In this document: positions 8,901 through 18,441 of the stretch, piece after piece | Position numbering within the stretch: position 1 is the stretch's first letter | Layout of the letters: every line of letters begins with the position of its first letter | Source of the DNA: a virus | Reading direction: 5' to 3' (one strand) | Virus record (IMG/VR): IMGVR_UViG_3300045988_120652 | DNA length: 64,000 bases | Program-made: the position numbers and the translations under genes | Notes under the pieces: generated by a model | What the model was told of the DNA's origin: nothing | What the model saw: the letters and a program-made list of their open reading frames with translations, nothing else | The model's database searches: none

Positions 8901-11900
8901 GTGCCAAAGACATTACTATGAAACTGGCAAAAATGCTACCAAAGGACAAGTCGGGTTTGTTTGATGGATTTAACTGGAAAATAGGAAAACATGGATATAT
9001 CTATCGTGATACCTACGACAAAAACAGAAAGGCGGGTCCTGCTTCGGATTTTCAGACACAACAGCAAATCGCCCAAATGTATAGTGATAACCTTTGGTTT
9101 GTCAATGCGTACAGAAGAAGAGGCAATACATTAAATCAAATCAACAAGGCTTACAAAAACTTTGTGGATGAAGACTACCAGTCGACTCCTCCCGAAACGC
9201 CTGGCACTCTTGACAACAACGCCAAGGATAAAGACGCAATAGCCGAAGAGAAACGAAGGGAGAACGATCAGAAACGTGCTTGGCGCGAGGATTTACAGCA
9301 GAAGCAAGACCAGGCGAAAGCTATCATGGACGATGTGGATAACTACTACGACCGTCAGATTAACGCTAAGATTGCTCAAGCCATATCTCTTAATATGGAC
9401 GAAGCCGAGCAGAAGCAGTTTGTCCTTCCCTTGAAGCAAAACAGAGAAATAGTCCGTTCGCAGGTGCGTCTTGCTGTGGCTGGCAAGGAAAACAAGTGGG
9501 AGGATGCGAAGAAGATGATGGCTGCTGATATGGTGGAGCAAGCGGACGAAACAGGTGTGAACCTTTCAAAGGATTTGCTTGACGGCATCTTAAACAACAA
9601 CATTGAGGGCCTGCATAAGCTCATGGGGGTCTTGGGCAAAAATCTTGGCATGTCAATGAGTTCCATTACAGCGCAGATTTTTGCAAAATCCACTCGTAGC
9701 GAACAGGAACTTCTGAAGATGCAGTTCAAGCAGATGGAGGCTCGCCGTAAGATTGCTATGGAGCATGACTTTACGGGCATTGTTCAGCAGAACTCGTATG
9801 ACAACTTCAACGAAATGGGGTATGCCGCGCCTACAAAGGAGGAGACTACTGTCACAAAGAAAATGGTAGACGGCAAGGAAGTTCTCGATACATCTGCTTT
9901 TGATAAGCGCAGGAAAGCCATCAAGGATATGTACGAGACAGCTCGCAAGAGTCTCGCCCAGCTCTATACCATTGATGTTTCAACAACGGATGGCAAAGGT
10001 ATGCTAATGAAGATGCTGTTCGGGGATGACCCCGACGGCATGGCTGCTCGAATTAAAGCGTCGTTGGGCGAAAGCGAAGAAAGCTGGAAGGCGTTTTATC
10101 TGAATCTTATCCAGTATTCTGACGACTATGCCGCAGCCGAGAAGAAAAAATATGACGAAGCTAAGAGAATCACTGATTTTTGGTGGTCTTCCAATAAGCG
10201 CAATCTTGCCCAACAGGAACGCATACGCAAGATGCAGAACGAGAGCAATCTTTTCGGCAAGCGTACAAACCTCCTCTCTAATCTCGGTCTTGCCAATCTT
10301 ACAGCCGACCCCGAGATAGAGCTGATGAAGGCTCGTATGCAAGCTGCCGAAGACTACTATGCCTTTGTGGAACGCAACACGAAGAACAAGCAGCTAATCG
10401 ACGAGGCAGAACGTGCCCGTCAGGAAGCCGAGCTTGCTTATGTTAATCAGATGGCTACAGCAATGAAGTCGCGTCTCTCACAGATGAAGGAACTCGTGCA
10501 GCCTATCGAGAATTTCGGTGCTGCCGTAGGACAGGCTCTCGCAGAAATGCGCTATGATGCCGAGAGCGCAAACGACGCTATCAAATCTGCCCTTAAATCC
10601 ATGCTTGAATCATGGGGTAAGATGGCTCTCAACGATGTCAACACACAGATGTGGAAAGCCATTAATGACGCAGCAGCCAAGCGAGGTAAGGATAAGGCAC
10701 AGCCCGATATTGAAGCAGCTCGTGCGAACGCAAAAGTCAATTATACCGACTTCAGCGGTATCGACTGGCATAATTTTGGCACAGAGTCTAATCCGTTGTG
10801 GGTACGCTGGACTGGTGACCATTACGAGAATAAATCGGGCGATGCTGTCTATACCAAGGAGGATGGCACACCGTTGCCTAACCCCGATGGCAGTGTTCCT
10901 CAGTCTAACGAACCTCCAAGAGCATGGAAAAAACGCCATCCCGACGGAACCATTGACGACTATAACAAGGAAATAAAAAGCCTTGGCGGGCAGATGGGCA
11001 CGTCGATGGCAGAACAGACTGGCACTGCCGTAGCCGGTGCCGTTACCGGAAATAGTGGTTTTGGCGATGCTGCCGCTGGTATTGCCATGAGTGGTGCGGA
11101 TGCTCTTCTTAACGCTCAGATTAAAAAACCTTCAAAGAGCGAAAAAGAAAAGAAGAACCAACTCAAGGAAGAGAAGAAACATCAAAAAGACCTTACCAAG
11201 GAAACAAAGAAAGGTCTCTCTGACCGTGAGAAGGCTACCGACAAGGGAGTTAAGAATATCACAAAGACAACCGAGCAGGGCAATGACGAACAAAGCAAGG
11301 GTACGGAGTTGGCGCAAAAAGGATTGCTTGCAGGAACGGAAACCTTCTTGAACACTTCTTTCCAACTGAAACAAAAGAACAATAACGAACAGGCAAAGGC
11401 TGATGCGGATCTTGCAGAACAGCAGATGACGTTCTCTATAGCTGGTGCTATTGGTAAGTGTTTCCAATTCTTAGGTCCGATTGCAGGACCTATTGCAGCA
11501 GCTGTAGTAATGTCAACCCTTACGGGATTGATGCAGTGGGCATTAAGTTCGGCTTTCAATAAGAAGAAAAGTTCGTCCAAAGGTCCAAATACGAAGGTTG
11601 TTTCCGGTATGCTCACCTACGATTCCGGCAACGTGCAGGACCTCCGTCCGTTCGTAGGCAACGATGGCAGTCTCTATTGGGCAACCGAGGACAACAAGCC
11701 ACACAACGGTGTGTCGCTCCTCACACAGCCTACGGCCACTACCATTAACGGGCATCCGTCCCTGGTAGCCGAGAATGGTCCCGAGCTGGTAATCGGACGT
11801 GAGACCACGCAAGCAATGATGATGAACAATCCTCAGTTGCTCAAGGCTCTCGTAAATTACGACCGCAACTATTCCGGTCGCCGAGCTTATGACAACGGCA

Positions 11901-12115
11901 ATATTGCGGAATCATCCGCCACAATCGCCCCACAGCTGTCCGCAACTGATGAAATGTTATCTGCACAAGCCAATACTAATATTGCGCTCCTGCAAGCCGT
12001 AAACACGCTCCTGCAACGCTTGGAGCAGCCTATCGAAGCCAAGATTGATATGTATGGCCGTGGCAAACTCTACGACAGCATGACAAAGGCTAATCAGTTT
12101 ATGAAGAACAAGTGA
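5912..12115 (+). CDS. Tail tape measure protein
   Basis: 2067 aa with long coiled-coil stretches, a TP901-type core (..LKMTEVLGLIPKMGLEKSIEAVGSSMFKLASTS..ITEFAKRCTGVARTAGITTDQLLALG..), central TM helices and a C-terminal AENGPELVIGRE. Confidence 0.85.
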   Translation: MATQKLAKVVITANASTAKKVLEEIDALVQKYTADIQKMTAAGQANTAECKQAERTLKALSQVQRDNIEDTKRLGEVVQDLANTKLRDLRRAMGSGKSALAGLTGSDADLKRAEQIRSEMKQVGDQMRLIEGQYVKIADGLKNVSNQSDQWLDKAIKQQRDLVGSLEKSDAGYQKNLSILKQLEAEEDRRKGKMGIVEARQTVTSQNASASDLRRAKTTLTEARDNTPTANTGDIAQYNKELQEIEKRLEAVSGKTQKASMSWKQMKQVLAEPNKASGEDIKRTMEVIQQKIQQLPAGSKYVADLRRQYSMLEQTLKGTRMSQSALNDILARSKQGKASLDELRRAYKQLEEELNQINTKSKEFADRQKSMKELKKNIDEVTGAANKQGGAWHTALKNLTAYVGLFAMFNKAKDLVTGAIKKNLEYSGSLTDIRKVSGLTMEQVKQLSTELAKIDTRTSVDGLAQLAYEASKLGVGKYGVEGMAQFVRAADKINVAIGEEMGEKALPSLLKMTEVLGLIPKMGLEKSIEAVGSSMFKLASTSTATSNDITEFAKRCTGVARTAGITTDQLLALGSAFSAQMASPEVAATAMSKFIVALQKNHNLIEKDLAIPAGTINSMYQAGNAMDAIVLILEKMKEKGNMNALGEIFKDVGGDGQRLISSMVTMAKNVDMLKDHLYESQEAFREATAVGKEYSMQQMSAIGILERANNLWEKAFVNPDGVDAVKGMAEWWYEMSKTMTSSPLLKGTLQIALQMVLWTLKGVATLLPVIIGYMASQGVYSGLRLLYQYLAALGMAGKAMFQYVRALFAANAAQSTLNKTMKLNPWIALASIIIGVAGAIYGYTQRAKEAAAAAKEAQRQANAWRETLGQAAVETENLKEKLKNYKRMMGEENLSQKERQGLISRFNRDFRSYIDNLGIEIKNVKDLRDHYSELAQEAEKATYYRMREQAKQQALPKLDNDVNTASNAVMANVEKLGLDKLGVKFEDIYRWVKAGMSAKDITMKLAKMLPKDKSGLFDGFNWKIGKHGYIYRDTYDKNRKAGPASDFQTQQQIAQMYSDNLWFVNAYRRRGNTLNQINKAYKNFVDEDYQSTPPETPGTLDNNAKDKDAIAEEKRRENDQKRAWREDLQQKQDQAKAIMDDVDNYYDRQINAKIAQAISLNMDEAEQKQFVLPLKQNREIVRSQVRLAVAGKENKWEDAKKMMAADMVEQADETGVNLSKDLLDGILNNNIEGLHKLMGVLGKNLGMSMSSITAQIFAKSTRSEQELLKMQFKQMEARRKIAMEHDFTGIVQQNSYDNFNEMGYAAPTKEETTVTKKMVDGKEVLDTSAFDKRRKAIKDMYETARKSLAQLYTIDVSTTDGKGMLMKMLFGDDPDGMAARIKASLGESEESWKAFYLNLIQYSDDYAAAEKKKYDEAKRITDFWWSSNKRNLAQQERIRKMQNESNLFGKRTNLLSNLGLANLTADPEIELMKARMQAAEDYYAFVERNTKNKQLIDEAERARQEAELAYVNQMATAMKSRLSQMKELVQPIENFGAAVGQALAEMRYDAESANDAIKSALKSMLESWGKMALNDVNTQMWKAINDAAAKRGKDKAQPDIEAARANAKVNYTDFSGIDWHNFGTESNPLWVRWTGDHYENKSGDAVYTKEDGTPLPNPDGSVPQSNEPPRAWKKRHPDGTIDDYNKEIKSLGGQMGTSMAEQTGTAVAGAVTGNSGFGDAAAGIAMSGADALLNAQIKKPSKSEKEKKNQLKEEKKHQKDLTKETKKGLSDREKATDKGVKNITKTTEQGNDEQSKGTELAQKGLLAGTETFLNTSFQLKQKNNNEQAKADADLAEQQMTFSIAGAIGKCFQFLGPIAGPIAAAVVMSTLTGLMQWALSSAFNKKKSSSKGPNTKVVSGMLTYDSGNVQDLRPFVGNDGSLYWATEDNKPHNGVSLLTQPTATTINGHPSLVAENGPELVIGRETTQAMMMNNPQLLKALVNYDRNYSGRRAYDNGNIAESSATIAPQLSATDEMLSAQANTNIALLQAVNTLLQRLEQPIEAKIDMYGRGKLYDSMTKANQFMKNK

Positions 12116-12220
12116 CCTTGCGCAACAAGCAGTCCACGTCAAGCGGACTGCGATACATATCTTCCGCAAGCAATCTTTTCAAGTGACAAAGCATATATTC
12201 TCAAGCAACAAATCATTTAT

Positions 12221-12255
12221 TAGGTCGTCGCGCCGTTAGGCGTGGCGACCTTTTT
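12221..12255 (+). terminator. Rho-independent terminator after the tape measure gene
   Basis: The stem aggtcgtcgcgcc / ggcgtggcgacct with loop gtta is followed by ttttt. Confidence 0.65.
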
Positions 12256-12289
12256 CTATCATTCTTTTATTGTTTTCTATCATATAAAG

Positions 12290-12990
12290 AATAAACTTCA
12301 GTCCCCAAAAGTCCAAAATCTCGAATTTTCGTAACTACCTAATAATCATGGACTTTATCTGAAGTCTACTCTTCAAAAGTCCAAAAATCTACTAATTCAG
12401 GCTACTACTATATATAAATTTCGCCAATTTTCTTTCTTTCCTATTTTCAAAACTCCCCAACCCTAACAATATAATTAGTAGCATTAATGCCTATGGCGTA
12501 AATAGTTGATATTTAATAAGTTAAGGGGTATGAGAAAAGGCAACTAAGCGAGAGAAACACTATAAAAATGGCCTTATTTCTACTATTCTTTATATATTTT
12601 TTGTTCTTTGCGCTCGTATAAGTATATAAAAAATTACCCCGTTTTTAAACTTTTAATAGATAAATAGCGGAAAATCAGAAAGTTAAATCACTTTTTGAAA
12701 AATTCATTGGGGGGTCACGATGTGGATTTTGGGTGGACAGTAGAAGCGTTTTTCAAAATTACGAACTTTTCAGTTTTCGGCGTTTTTTTGGAAAATGGAC
12801 TCAAAGTTTAAAATTTGGACTTTTGGAGGCTGTAAAGTTCAAAACTAAACTTCAGACTTTGTACAGTTAAACAACGGTAAGAATTGTTGATAAATAAAAT
12901 AAAAGTTAATAACAATAGTAAGAATTGTTTTTATCAATTATAATTATTAAATTTGCAACGGTAAAATACAATGGTTACTAATTATATAAA
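12290..12990. promoter_or_regulatory. AT-rich non-coding region with iteron-like repeats (candidate replication origin)
   Basis: No ORF in this stretch. CCAAAAGTCCAAAAT occurs twice direct (12303, 12373) and once inverted (12812). ACTTCAG/CTGAAGT words recur, GTAAGAATTGTT occurs twice and CAACGGTAA twice. The region lies directly upstream of the primase-like gene. Confidence 0.4.
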
Positions 12991-12992
12991 AT

Positions 12993-14093
12993 ATGTTCGA
13001 CGAGATATGCTCCATATATCAAGATGCGCATGATGCCAAGGGAAAGTTTGTTGACCAAGAAACTGGCGAGTGCATCACGCAGATGTCTATCCGTGAGTTC
13101 TGCTTGACGGATAGATGGAAGCCCTATGTGCAGCATCTTCGCGCTATGCGCAAGGAGTATGGCAGTAAGGCGAAGCAGATGCCGGAGTATATCAAAACAA
13201 AGAAAAAGTTACCTGGTGCCACTCTTAGCGGCTTGTTCGCTCTATATGAAGATGACAGCCTTACACATCCAGGACAGCGGGTAATGGTGAGCCGTCGGGA
13301 GACCCACTTGAAGCAACATACCGGCTGGCTCGCCATCGACATAGACCTCGACGACAACAAGCACCTTACTCAGTTCGATAATGTGCGTTTTGTATGCCAA
13401 TATCGCCCTGAGATAGCCTTGCTGATGCGGTCATGCTCTGGCAGCGGATATTTCGGTCTTGTGCGCTTGGCTTATCCAGCCAGGCATAAAGACCAGTTCA
13501 AGGCCCTGTTGAAGGATTATGCTGCTTGTGGCATTACGCTTGATAGGTCGTGCGGTAATATAGGTCGTGTACGTTTTGCGTCATGGGATGATCCTGAGCA
13601 TATATATATCAATGAGAAGGCAACTGCCTATACGGGACTAAATGACCAAGTGGTGATGCCTCTGCCTTTGTCTCGCTTACATCATTCATCTTATGCGGAA
13701 ACTCGCCATGGATCTTCAGCTAAGAATGGTGTTGTCATTGGCGATTGGCATGATGACACCCCCGAAATAGTTTACCGTAAGGTGAAACGACTTGTTGAGA
13801 AGGTAGAGCAACAACATGTAGATTTGATGGCAGGACACGATGCTGGATATATAGAGTGGGTGTATTGTGGAATGTCTCTTTATCATCTGGTAGGGCAGGT
13901 TGGTTACGACTTCTGGAAGCGTGTATCGCGATTCCGTCCGGCGGATTCTACTTGCGGACACCATGAGAGCGACTTCGCTAAGAGGTGGCCGTCGTTTGCC
14001 CAATACTCCAATACAAAAAATTTCTTCTTCAAGCAGTGTATGGATAAAAAAATCACATTGACGAGGGATGATTTGTTGGAGATATACGGATAA
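12993..14093 (+). CDS. Primase-like / replication initiation protein (AEP- or BT4734-like), tentative
   Basis: 366 aa. WLAIDIDLDD, SCSGSGYFGLVR and GNIGRVRFASWD resemble AEP primase motifs I-III. Confidence 0.35.
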   Translation: MFDEICSIYQDAHDAKGKFVDQETGECITQMSIREFCLTDRWKPYVQHLRAMRKEYGSKAKQMPEYIKTKKKLPGATLSGLFALYEDDSLTHPGQRVMVSRRETHLKQHTGWLAIDIDLDDNKHLTQFDNVRFVCQYRPEIALLMRSCSGSGYFGLVRLAYPARHKDQFKALLKDYAACGITLDRSCGNIGRVRFASWDDPEHIYINEKATAYTGLNDQVVMPLPLSRLHHSSYAETRHGSSAKNGVVIGDWHDDTPEIVYRKVKRLVEKVEQQHVDLMAGHDAGYIEWVYCGMSLYHLVGQVGYDFWKRVSRFRPADSTCGHHESDFAKRWPSFAQYSNTKNFFFKQCMDKKITLTRDDLLEIYG

Positions 14094-14246
14094 AGAACCT
14101 AAGATTTCAACGAAACACTTTTTCACAAGCGTTAAATCGAAAACTCGAAAAGCGGCTAAAACACCCCGATTTTCGCAAAAAGCGAAGCCTATGCGAAGCT
14201 TACGCATATTTTACGGTTATTTTACGATCCTTTACTGATTGCTCAA

Positions 14247-14771
14247 ATGTTAAAATTCAAACAAAAACGAGATATGAAATTAATAACAATTACCGGTCCG
14301 AGTGGTGCAGGAAAGGACACTGTGGCTCGGATGCTTTCCGACTTGGGCGGCTATAAAGTGATATGTTCTTATACCACCCGTCCGAAGCGTGAAGGCGAAA
14401 TTGACGGTGTGGAACATCACTTTGTGGAGAAGTGTGCTGTGCCGCACGACAAGATGCTGGCTTATACGCAATATGGCGGCTATGAGTATTGGACCACCGT
14501 AGAGCAGGTGGGCGACAAGGCTATCTATGTCATTGATGAAGACGGATTGAAGTCGCTTTGCAAGAAGTTTCCTGATATAGAGCTGTTCAAGATTTGCGTG
14601 TCGGCAAAAGAGCGTACACGTCTTCGCCGAGGCGTTACTCCTGAACGTATGGCACGTGACAAGCAGCGCAAGTGTCTGCCGTTATCGTTCTTCAATGCGG
14701 TAATCTTCAACAACGATTCGCCAAGCGATTTACAGGAAGAAGTGCAGCGTGTGAGATACATGATTGTGTAA
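14247..14771 (+). CDS. Guanylate kinase-like dNMP kinase
   Basis: P-loop ITGPSGAGKDT and the guanylate-kinase signature YTTRPKREGEIDGVEHHFV. An alternative start is at MKLITITG. Confidence 0.6.
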   Translation: MLKFKQKRDMKLITITGPSGAGKDTVARMLSDLGGYKVICSYTTRPKREGEIDGVEHHFVEKCAVPHDKMLAYTQYGGYEYWTTVEQVGDKAIYVIDEDGLKSLCKKFPDIELFKICVSAKERTRLRRGVTPERMARDKQRKCLPLSFFNAVIFNNDSPSDLQEEVQRVRYMIV

Positions 14772-14826
14772 GCATCGAGAATGAGAATGCACTATCTATT
14801 AAATAATCAACTAAAATTCATAAGCA

Positions 14827-15723
14827 ATGAAATTCACCGAGCCACAAGTAGAATGGTGGCAGCAGACCTCTCTTGCACAACATATAGCAAGAGTGGGCAG
14901 AATATGCTACAAGACTAAGGGCAAGCAGCCAGAAGAAGGAATGACCGAAGAGGAGGTGGAAGCCTTCATTCAGAAGCGCGACGAGGAACGCTGCAAGGGC
15001 TTCTGGGAAAGCGGACATCGCTCGATGTATCGTCACGGCACCGTCTACTTTTTCATGCCCAGCGAAAAGGGTCTTCCTAACTACATCTGGGCGTATCTGA
15101 ATGCTTCGCCTTACATCGACTATGCCACAAAGAACCATAAGGTATGGATCAGCACTAACATGCAGTTCATGCTTGAGAACAAGAATCTTATGGACGCGCT
15201 TAGTCCGTATGGTGTCAGCGAGGACGAGTTTATTGAGAAGGCTCAGAAGTACGAGTGTGAGGAGGCATTCTCCATTATCCGCATGACGCTGGTAGTAACC
15301 ACGCAGATAAGCACATCGCGCGAGCTCAACCGCACATCGCCCAACAGCATAGCCGAGCAAAGCACGCGCTACTGTAATATGGAGAAGAAGGGAGGCGTAC
15401 AGATAGCACGTCCGCATTGGTACGATGAAGGCACTCGTTGGCAGCGCATGGTGTATGGCTTTGTATGCCGAGTATGCGAGTGGGGCTACAACCGATTGCT
15501 GAAGGCGGGATTGAAGCCGCAGGATGCACGAGGTGTTTTGCCTCTTGACACCTATACCGTTGTGGCATATACATACACTATTGCCGACTGGAAGCATATT
15601 CTTGACTTGCGCTATCACGGCAAGACCGGCACACCGCATCCCAATGCAAAGATTGTTGGCGAGAAGATACGCAACATCATCCTTGAGCGTATGCGCCAAT
15701 ACTTTGCGGTGTTTGACATTTAA
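14827..15723 (+). CDS. thyX: Flavin-dependent thymidylate synthase-like protein (divergent ThyX)
   Basis: TSRELNRTSPNSIAEQSTRY aligns to the ThyX motif RHRxxSxxxxSxRY, but reads RTS where RHR is expected. Preferred over the antisense ORF 14818..15699. Confidence 0.5.
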   Translation: MKFTEPQVEWWQQTSLAQHIARVGRICYKTKGKQPEEGMTEEEVEAFIQKRDEERCKGFWESGHRSMYRHGTVYFFMPSEKGLPNYIWAYLNASPYIDYATKNHKVWISTNMQFMLENKNLMDALSPYGVSEDEFIEKAQKYECEEAFSIIRMTLVVTTQISTSRELNRTSPNSIAEQSTRYCNMEKKGGVQIARPHWYDEGTRWQRMVYGFVCRVCEWGYNRLLKAGLKPQDARGVLPLDTYTVVAYTYTIADWKHILDLRYHGKTGTPHPNAKIVGEKIRNIILERMRQYFAVFDI

Positions 15724-15747
15724 TCATCAATATAAACTATATATATC

Positions 15748-16137
15748 ATGGCGAATTTAACATTAAACGAATATCAGAACAAGGCAATGAGTACTTGTAT
15801 GCCTGAGAGTGACAATCTCTTCTATATGCTTGCTAATCTCGTAGGCGAGGTCGGCGAGTTTGCAAGCAAAGCCGGCAAGCACATGCGTAAGGGCAAACTG
15901 CATATAACTACAACACAACGCGACGAAGAAGGCAAGATCTTGCATACACAGGTGTGGAATGTATCTGACGAGGAACGTCATCTTATGCTTTCAGAAATCG
16001 GCGACATTCTCTGGCAGACTGCAGGACTGGCAAAAGTAATGGGCGTTACGCTCGAAGATGTGGCAGAAGAAAACCTCGCAAAACTTGCCTCTCGCAAGCA
16101 GCGAAATGTCATTGCTGGTGATGGTGACGAGCGTTAG
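15748..16137 (+). CDS. mazG: MazG-like nucleotide pyrophosphohydrolase
   Basis: LNEYQNKA, LVGEVGEFASKAGK and EIGDILWQTAGLAKVMGVTLEDVAEENLAKL match the all-alpha NTP-PPase pattern. Confidence 0.75.
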   Translation: MANLTLNEYQNKAMSTCMPESDNLFYMLANLVGEVGEFASKAGKHMRKGKLHITTTQRDEEGKILHTQVWNVSDEERHLMLSEIGDILWQTAGLAKVMGVTLEDVAEENLAKLASRKQRNVIAGDGDER

Positions 16138-16180
16138 TATTTTACTTCGATAATCGACCTTATGATAAATAGCACAAATT

Positions 16181-17137
16181 ATGGCTAAATCAAATCCTAT
16201 CAAAGCGCGAGAAGAACTGGTGCGCAGTCAGCCCACCATCTACTCTTTCAACTTCCGTGATGTGCCTTCAAGCAAGTATGTTGAGACACTGGACGTGCTT
16301 TTTCATAATCCGGATTATAGCGAAGCCGTTGAGAAGCGCAATCGACTTGTAAAGTCTGCCGAACGTCTGCGTACTGGTTCAAGTGAAATGGCAAATCTTG
16401 TGCGTACCATCCAGCAGCATGACCGCAAATTGGCGGACACCATGTATGCCTCCATCGTGCAGACAAATCTACATTCAGAGGTTAGCTATGATTTTCTTTC
16501 GTTCGGCACTCTACTGAAGTACTACGTTGATTACAAGAAGGACGGTATGCGTGAGCGTGTTGACCGCATGGCAGCTAATCTTGATAAGGTTACGTTCCTC
16601 GCCGACATGCTTGAGAGTATTGTTACTGACGTGAAAGCCGATATGCGGGAGGTGTTTGATGGCAGCATTGAGTTCAATCAGTTTGATGCGGTACTGCAGG
16701 TCCTTACTCAATTAAGAGGATTCTTTAAGTCTGCCCGACGTGGCGATGCTGATTCGCCCGAAGCCCAACTTTATTTCGATTACTCCGACTCCATCAACGA
16801 GTATATCGAGAAACGACTGAAAACGTACACTGCCAAATATCGCAAGATACATCCTGTGGCTAAGGTCTACACCGAAGCCGACCTTGTGGAAGGTCTCAAT
16901 CAGTTCTTTGGTCGTAATGATAAGTTCGACATGAGCGTTATCGGTCATACCGAGTCAGGAGGTTGCTATATTGACTTGGCGCAGCTCTGTCTCCGTCTTA
17001 GTCGTAATGACATCGAGAAGATAGAAAAAGTGGTTGGAAAGATGCAGTCTAACAACATGACCGATGCCGCATTGCGCTACAGCTTCAATGCCACTGATTT
17101 AATTATGAGTCAATACAAACGGCCCAAACCAAAATAA
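16181..17137 (+). CDS. Hypothetical protein
   Basis: 318-aa ORF in the operon. Confidence 0.6.
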   Translation: MAKSNPIKAREELVRSQPTIYSFNFRDVPSSKYVETLDVLFHNPDYSEAVEKRNRLVKSAERLRTGSSEMANLVRTIQQHDRKLADTMYASIVQTNLHSEVSYDFLSFGTLLKYYVDYKKDGMRERVDRMAANLDKVTFLADMLESIVTDVKADMREVFDGSIEFNQFDAVLQVLTQLRGFFKSARRGDADSPEAQLYFDYSDSINEYIEKRLKTYTAKYRKIHPVAKVYTEADLVEGLNQFFGRNDKFDMSVIGHTESGGCYIDLAQLCLRLSRNDIEKIEKVVGKMQSNNMTDAALRYSFNATDLIMSQYKRPKPK

Positions 17138-17145
17138 TAACCATT

Positions 17146-17880
17146 ATGCCTAACATTTACCTTCGCCTACCCACCAGCCGTTGCCAGTTTTTCCGCAATC
17201 GTGAGCCTAAGCACGTGCTTGCCAAGGACGAGCCGTTGGTGTTTAGTCCGTATATGCCTCACCACTTCGTACTGCGCAAGTATATAACCAACATTCCTGC
17301 CGTTGCACAAAAGGTGAACCCGCAATGCTTCTCACATCAACAATGGCGTAACATGATGCAAGGCAAACACCCCAACGGTGGTGAGATTGTCACAAAGCGC
17401 GATTCGCATGAATATTTGTCTTTTGACGAGGTGCAACGGTTTTATGGAATACAGGAATACTCTAAAAGTGACAAAGAAGACTATTTGTGTATAAAGCTAC
17501 CTTCGGAGGTAGAGGTGATAGACGTGGTTCGTCAGGTCACGCCGGCATGGAATCTGAGTACGCGCGGCATCCGTCAGTTGCTTATCATGCTGAACGACGA
17601 TTTTAAGCGTAGTGTCGTAGAATGGGCTTTAGCCACATTCGACTATTGCACATCCAACAAGCGTATAATTTGCCGTCGTCAGACAGCCATGCTTGAGCGT
17701 TTCTTGATGCGCTATGGCATAGACCAGAACGAGAACGAAAAAGACACCATGCGTCGCATCATCAATCGATGGCTAAGCTCGGATCATAGCAATTTCAAAG
17801 CCTATTCATGCGCTGATATGCAGTACATAGATGAAAGCGAGAAGGTTTACTTCGTAGATGATGTATTGTTCGATGATTAG
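17146..17880 (+). CDS. Hypothetical protein
   Basis: 244-aa ORF starting 8 nt after the previous stop. Confidence 0.6.
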   Translation: MPNIYLRLPTSRCQFFRNREPKHVLAKDEPLVFSPYMPHHFVLRKYITNIPAVAQKVNPQCFSHQQWRNMMQGKHPNGGEIVTKRDSHEYLSFDEVQRFYGIQEYSKSDKEDYLCIKLPSEVEVIDVVRQVTPAWNLSTRGIRQLLIMLNDDFKRSVVEWALATFDYCTSNKRIICRRQTAMLERFLMRYGIDQNENEKDTMRRIINRWLSSDHSNFKAYSCADMQYIDESEKVYFVDDVLFDD

Positions 17881-17949
17881 GGCAATGTAAACAAGAGTTA
17901 AATTGAAGTTTAAAACAAGTTAAAAAACAACCATTTTAGGTGTACAAAA

Positions 17950-18441
17950 ATGCAACTACCCAATAAATGCAAAGAATTGTTCCTTGATGGCATTACCGAT
18001 GTAATGTTTTATCCAATGGAAGAGTGTGTAATCCCTGTGCCGTTCAATATGGCACAAGTGTTATATATCAATAATTGTAGTTTGCCTGCCGAGCCTGCTT
18101 TGCGCTTGGCTACGAGTGGCGAAAACTACGTTATTGTAGAGAATCTTAAAGTGAAGATGACGCTCGCCAAACAGGGCAATGGCACTATATATACCTATGA
18201 TATTAGTGCTAATGTGGTAAATGGAGGCGAAAATGTGCGTGAAGCCTACAGAAATATGCGCGATAAGGAGTATTATGTGGTGTTGCGCAAGCTGGACGGT
18301 TCGTTGCAGTTATGCTACACCCTACCCCATACATTCGGTATTGGTGGCACCTCGGATAATAGCCAGACTGAGTTGGCGCGAACCTTCACAGCCACCACAC
18401 AAGCCTTGTCGGAGCCAATACCTATCACGCTTCGAGAATAA
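17950..18441 (+). CDS. Hypothetical protein
   Basis: 163-aa ORF followed by a terminator. Confidence 0.55.
   Translation: MQLPNKCKELFLDGITDVMFYPMEECVIPVPFNMAQVLYINNCSLPAEPALRLATSGENYVIVENLKVKMTLAKQGNGTIYTYDISANVVNGGENVREAYRNMRDKEYYVVLRKLDGSLQLCYTLPHTFGIGGTSDNSQTELARTFTATTQALSEPIPITLRE

Noticed and set aside
12116-12990. The AT-rich gap as a prophage/host junction (att site).
   Set aside because: Phage-like genes continue on both sides in the same orientation. There is no integrase, tRNA fragment or flanking direct repeat pair. Iterons next to a primase-like gene fit an origin or control region better.
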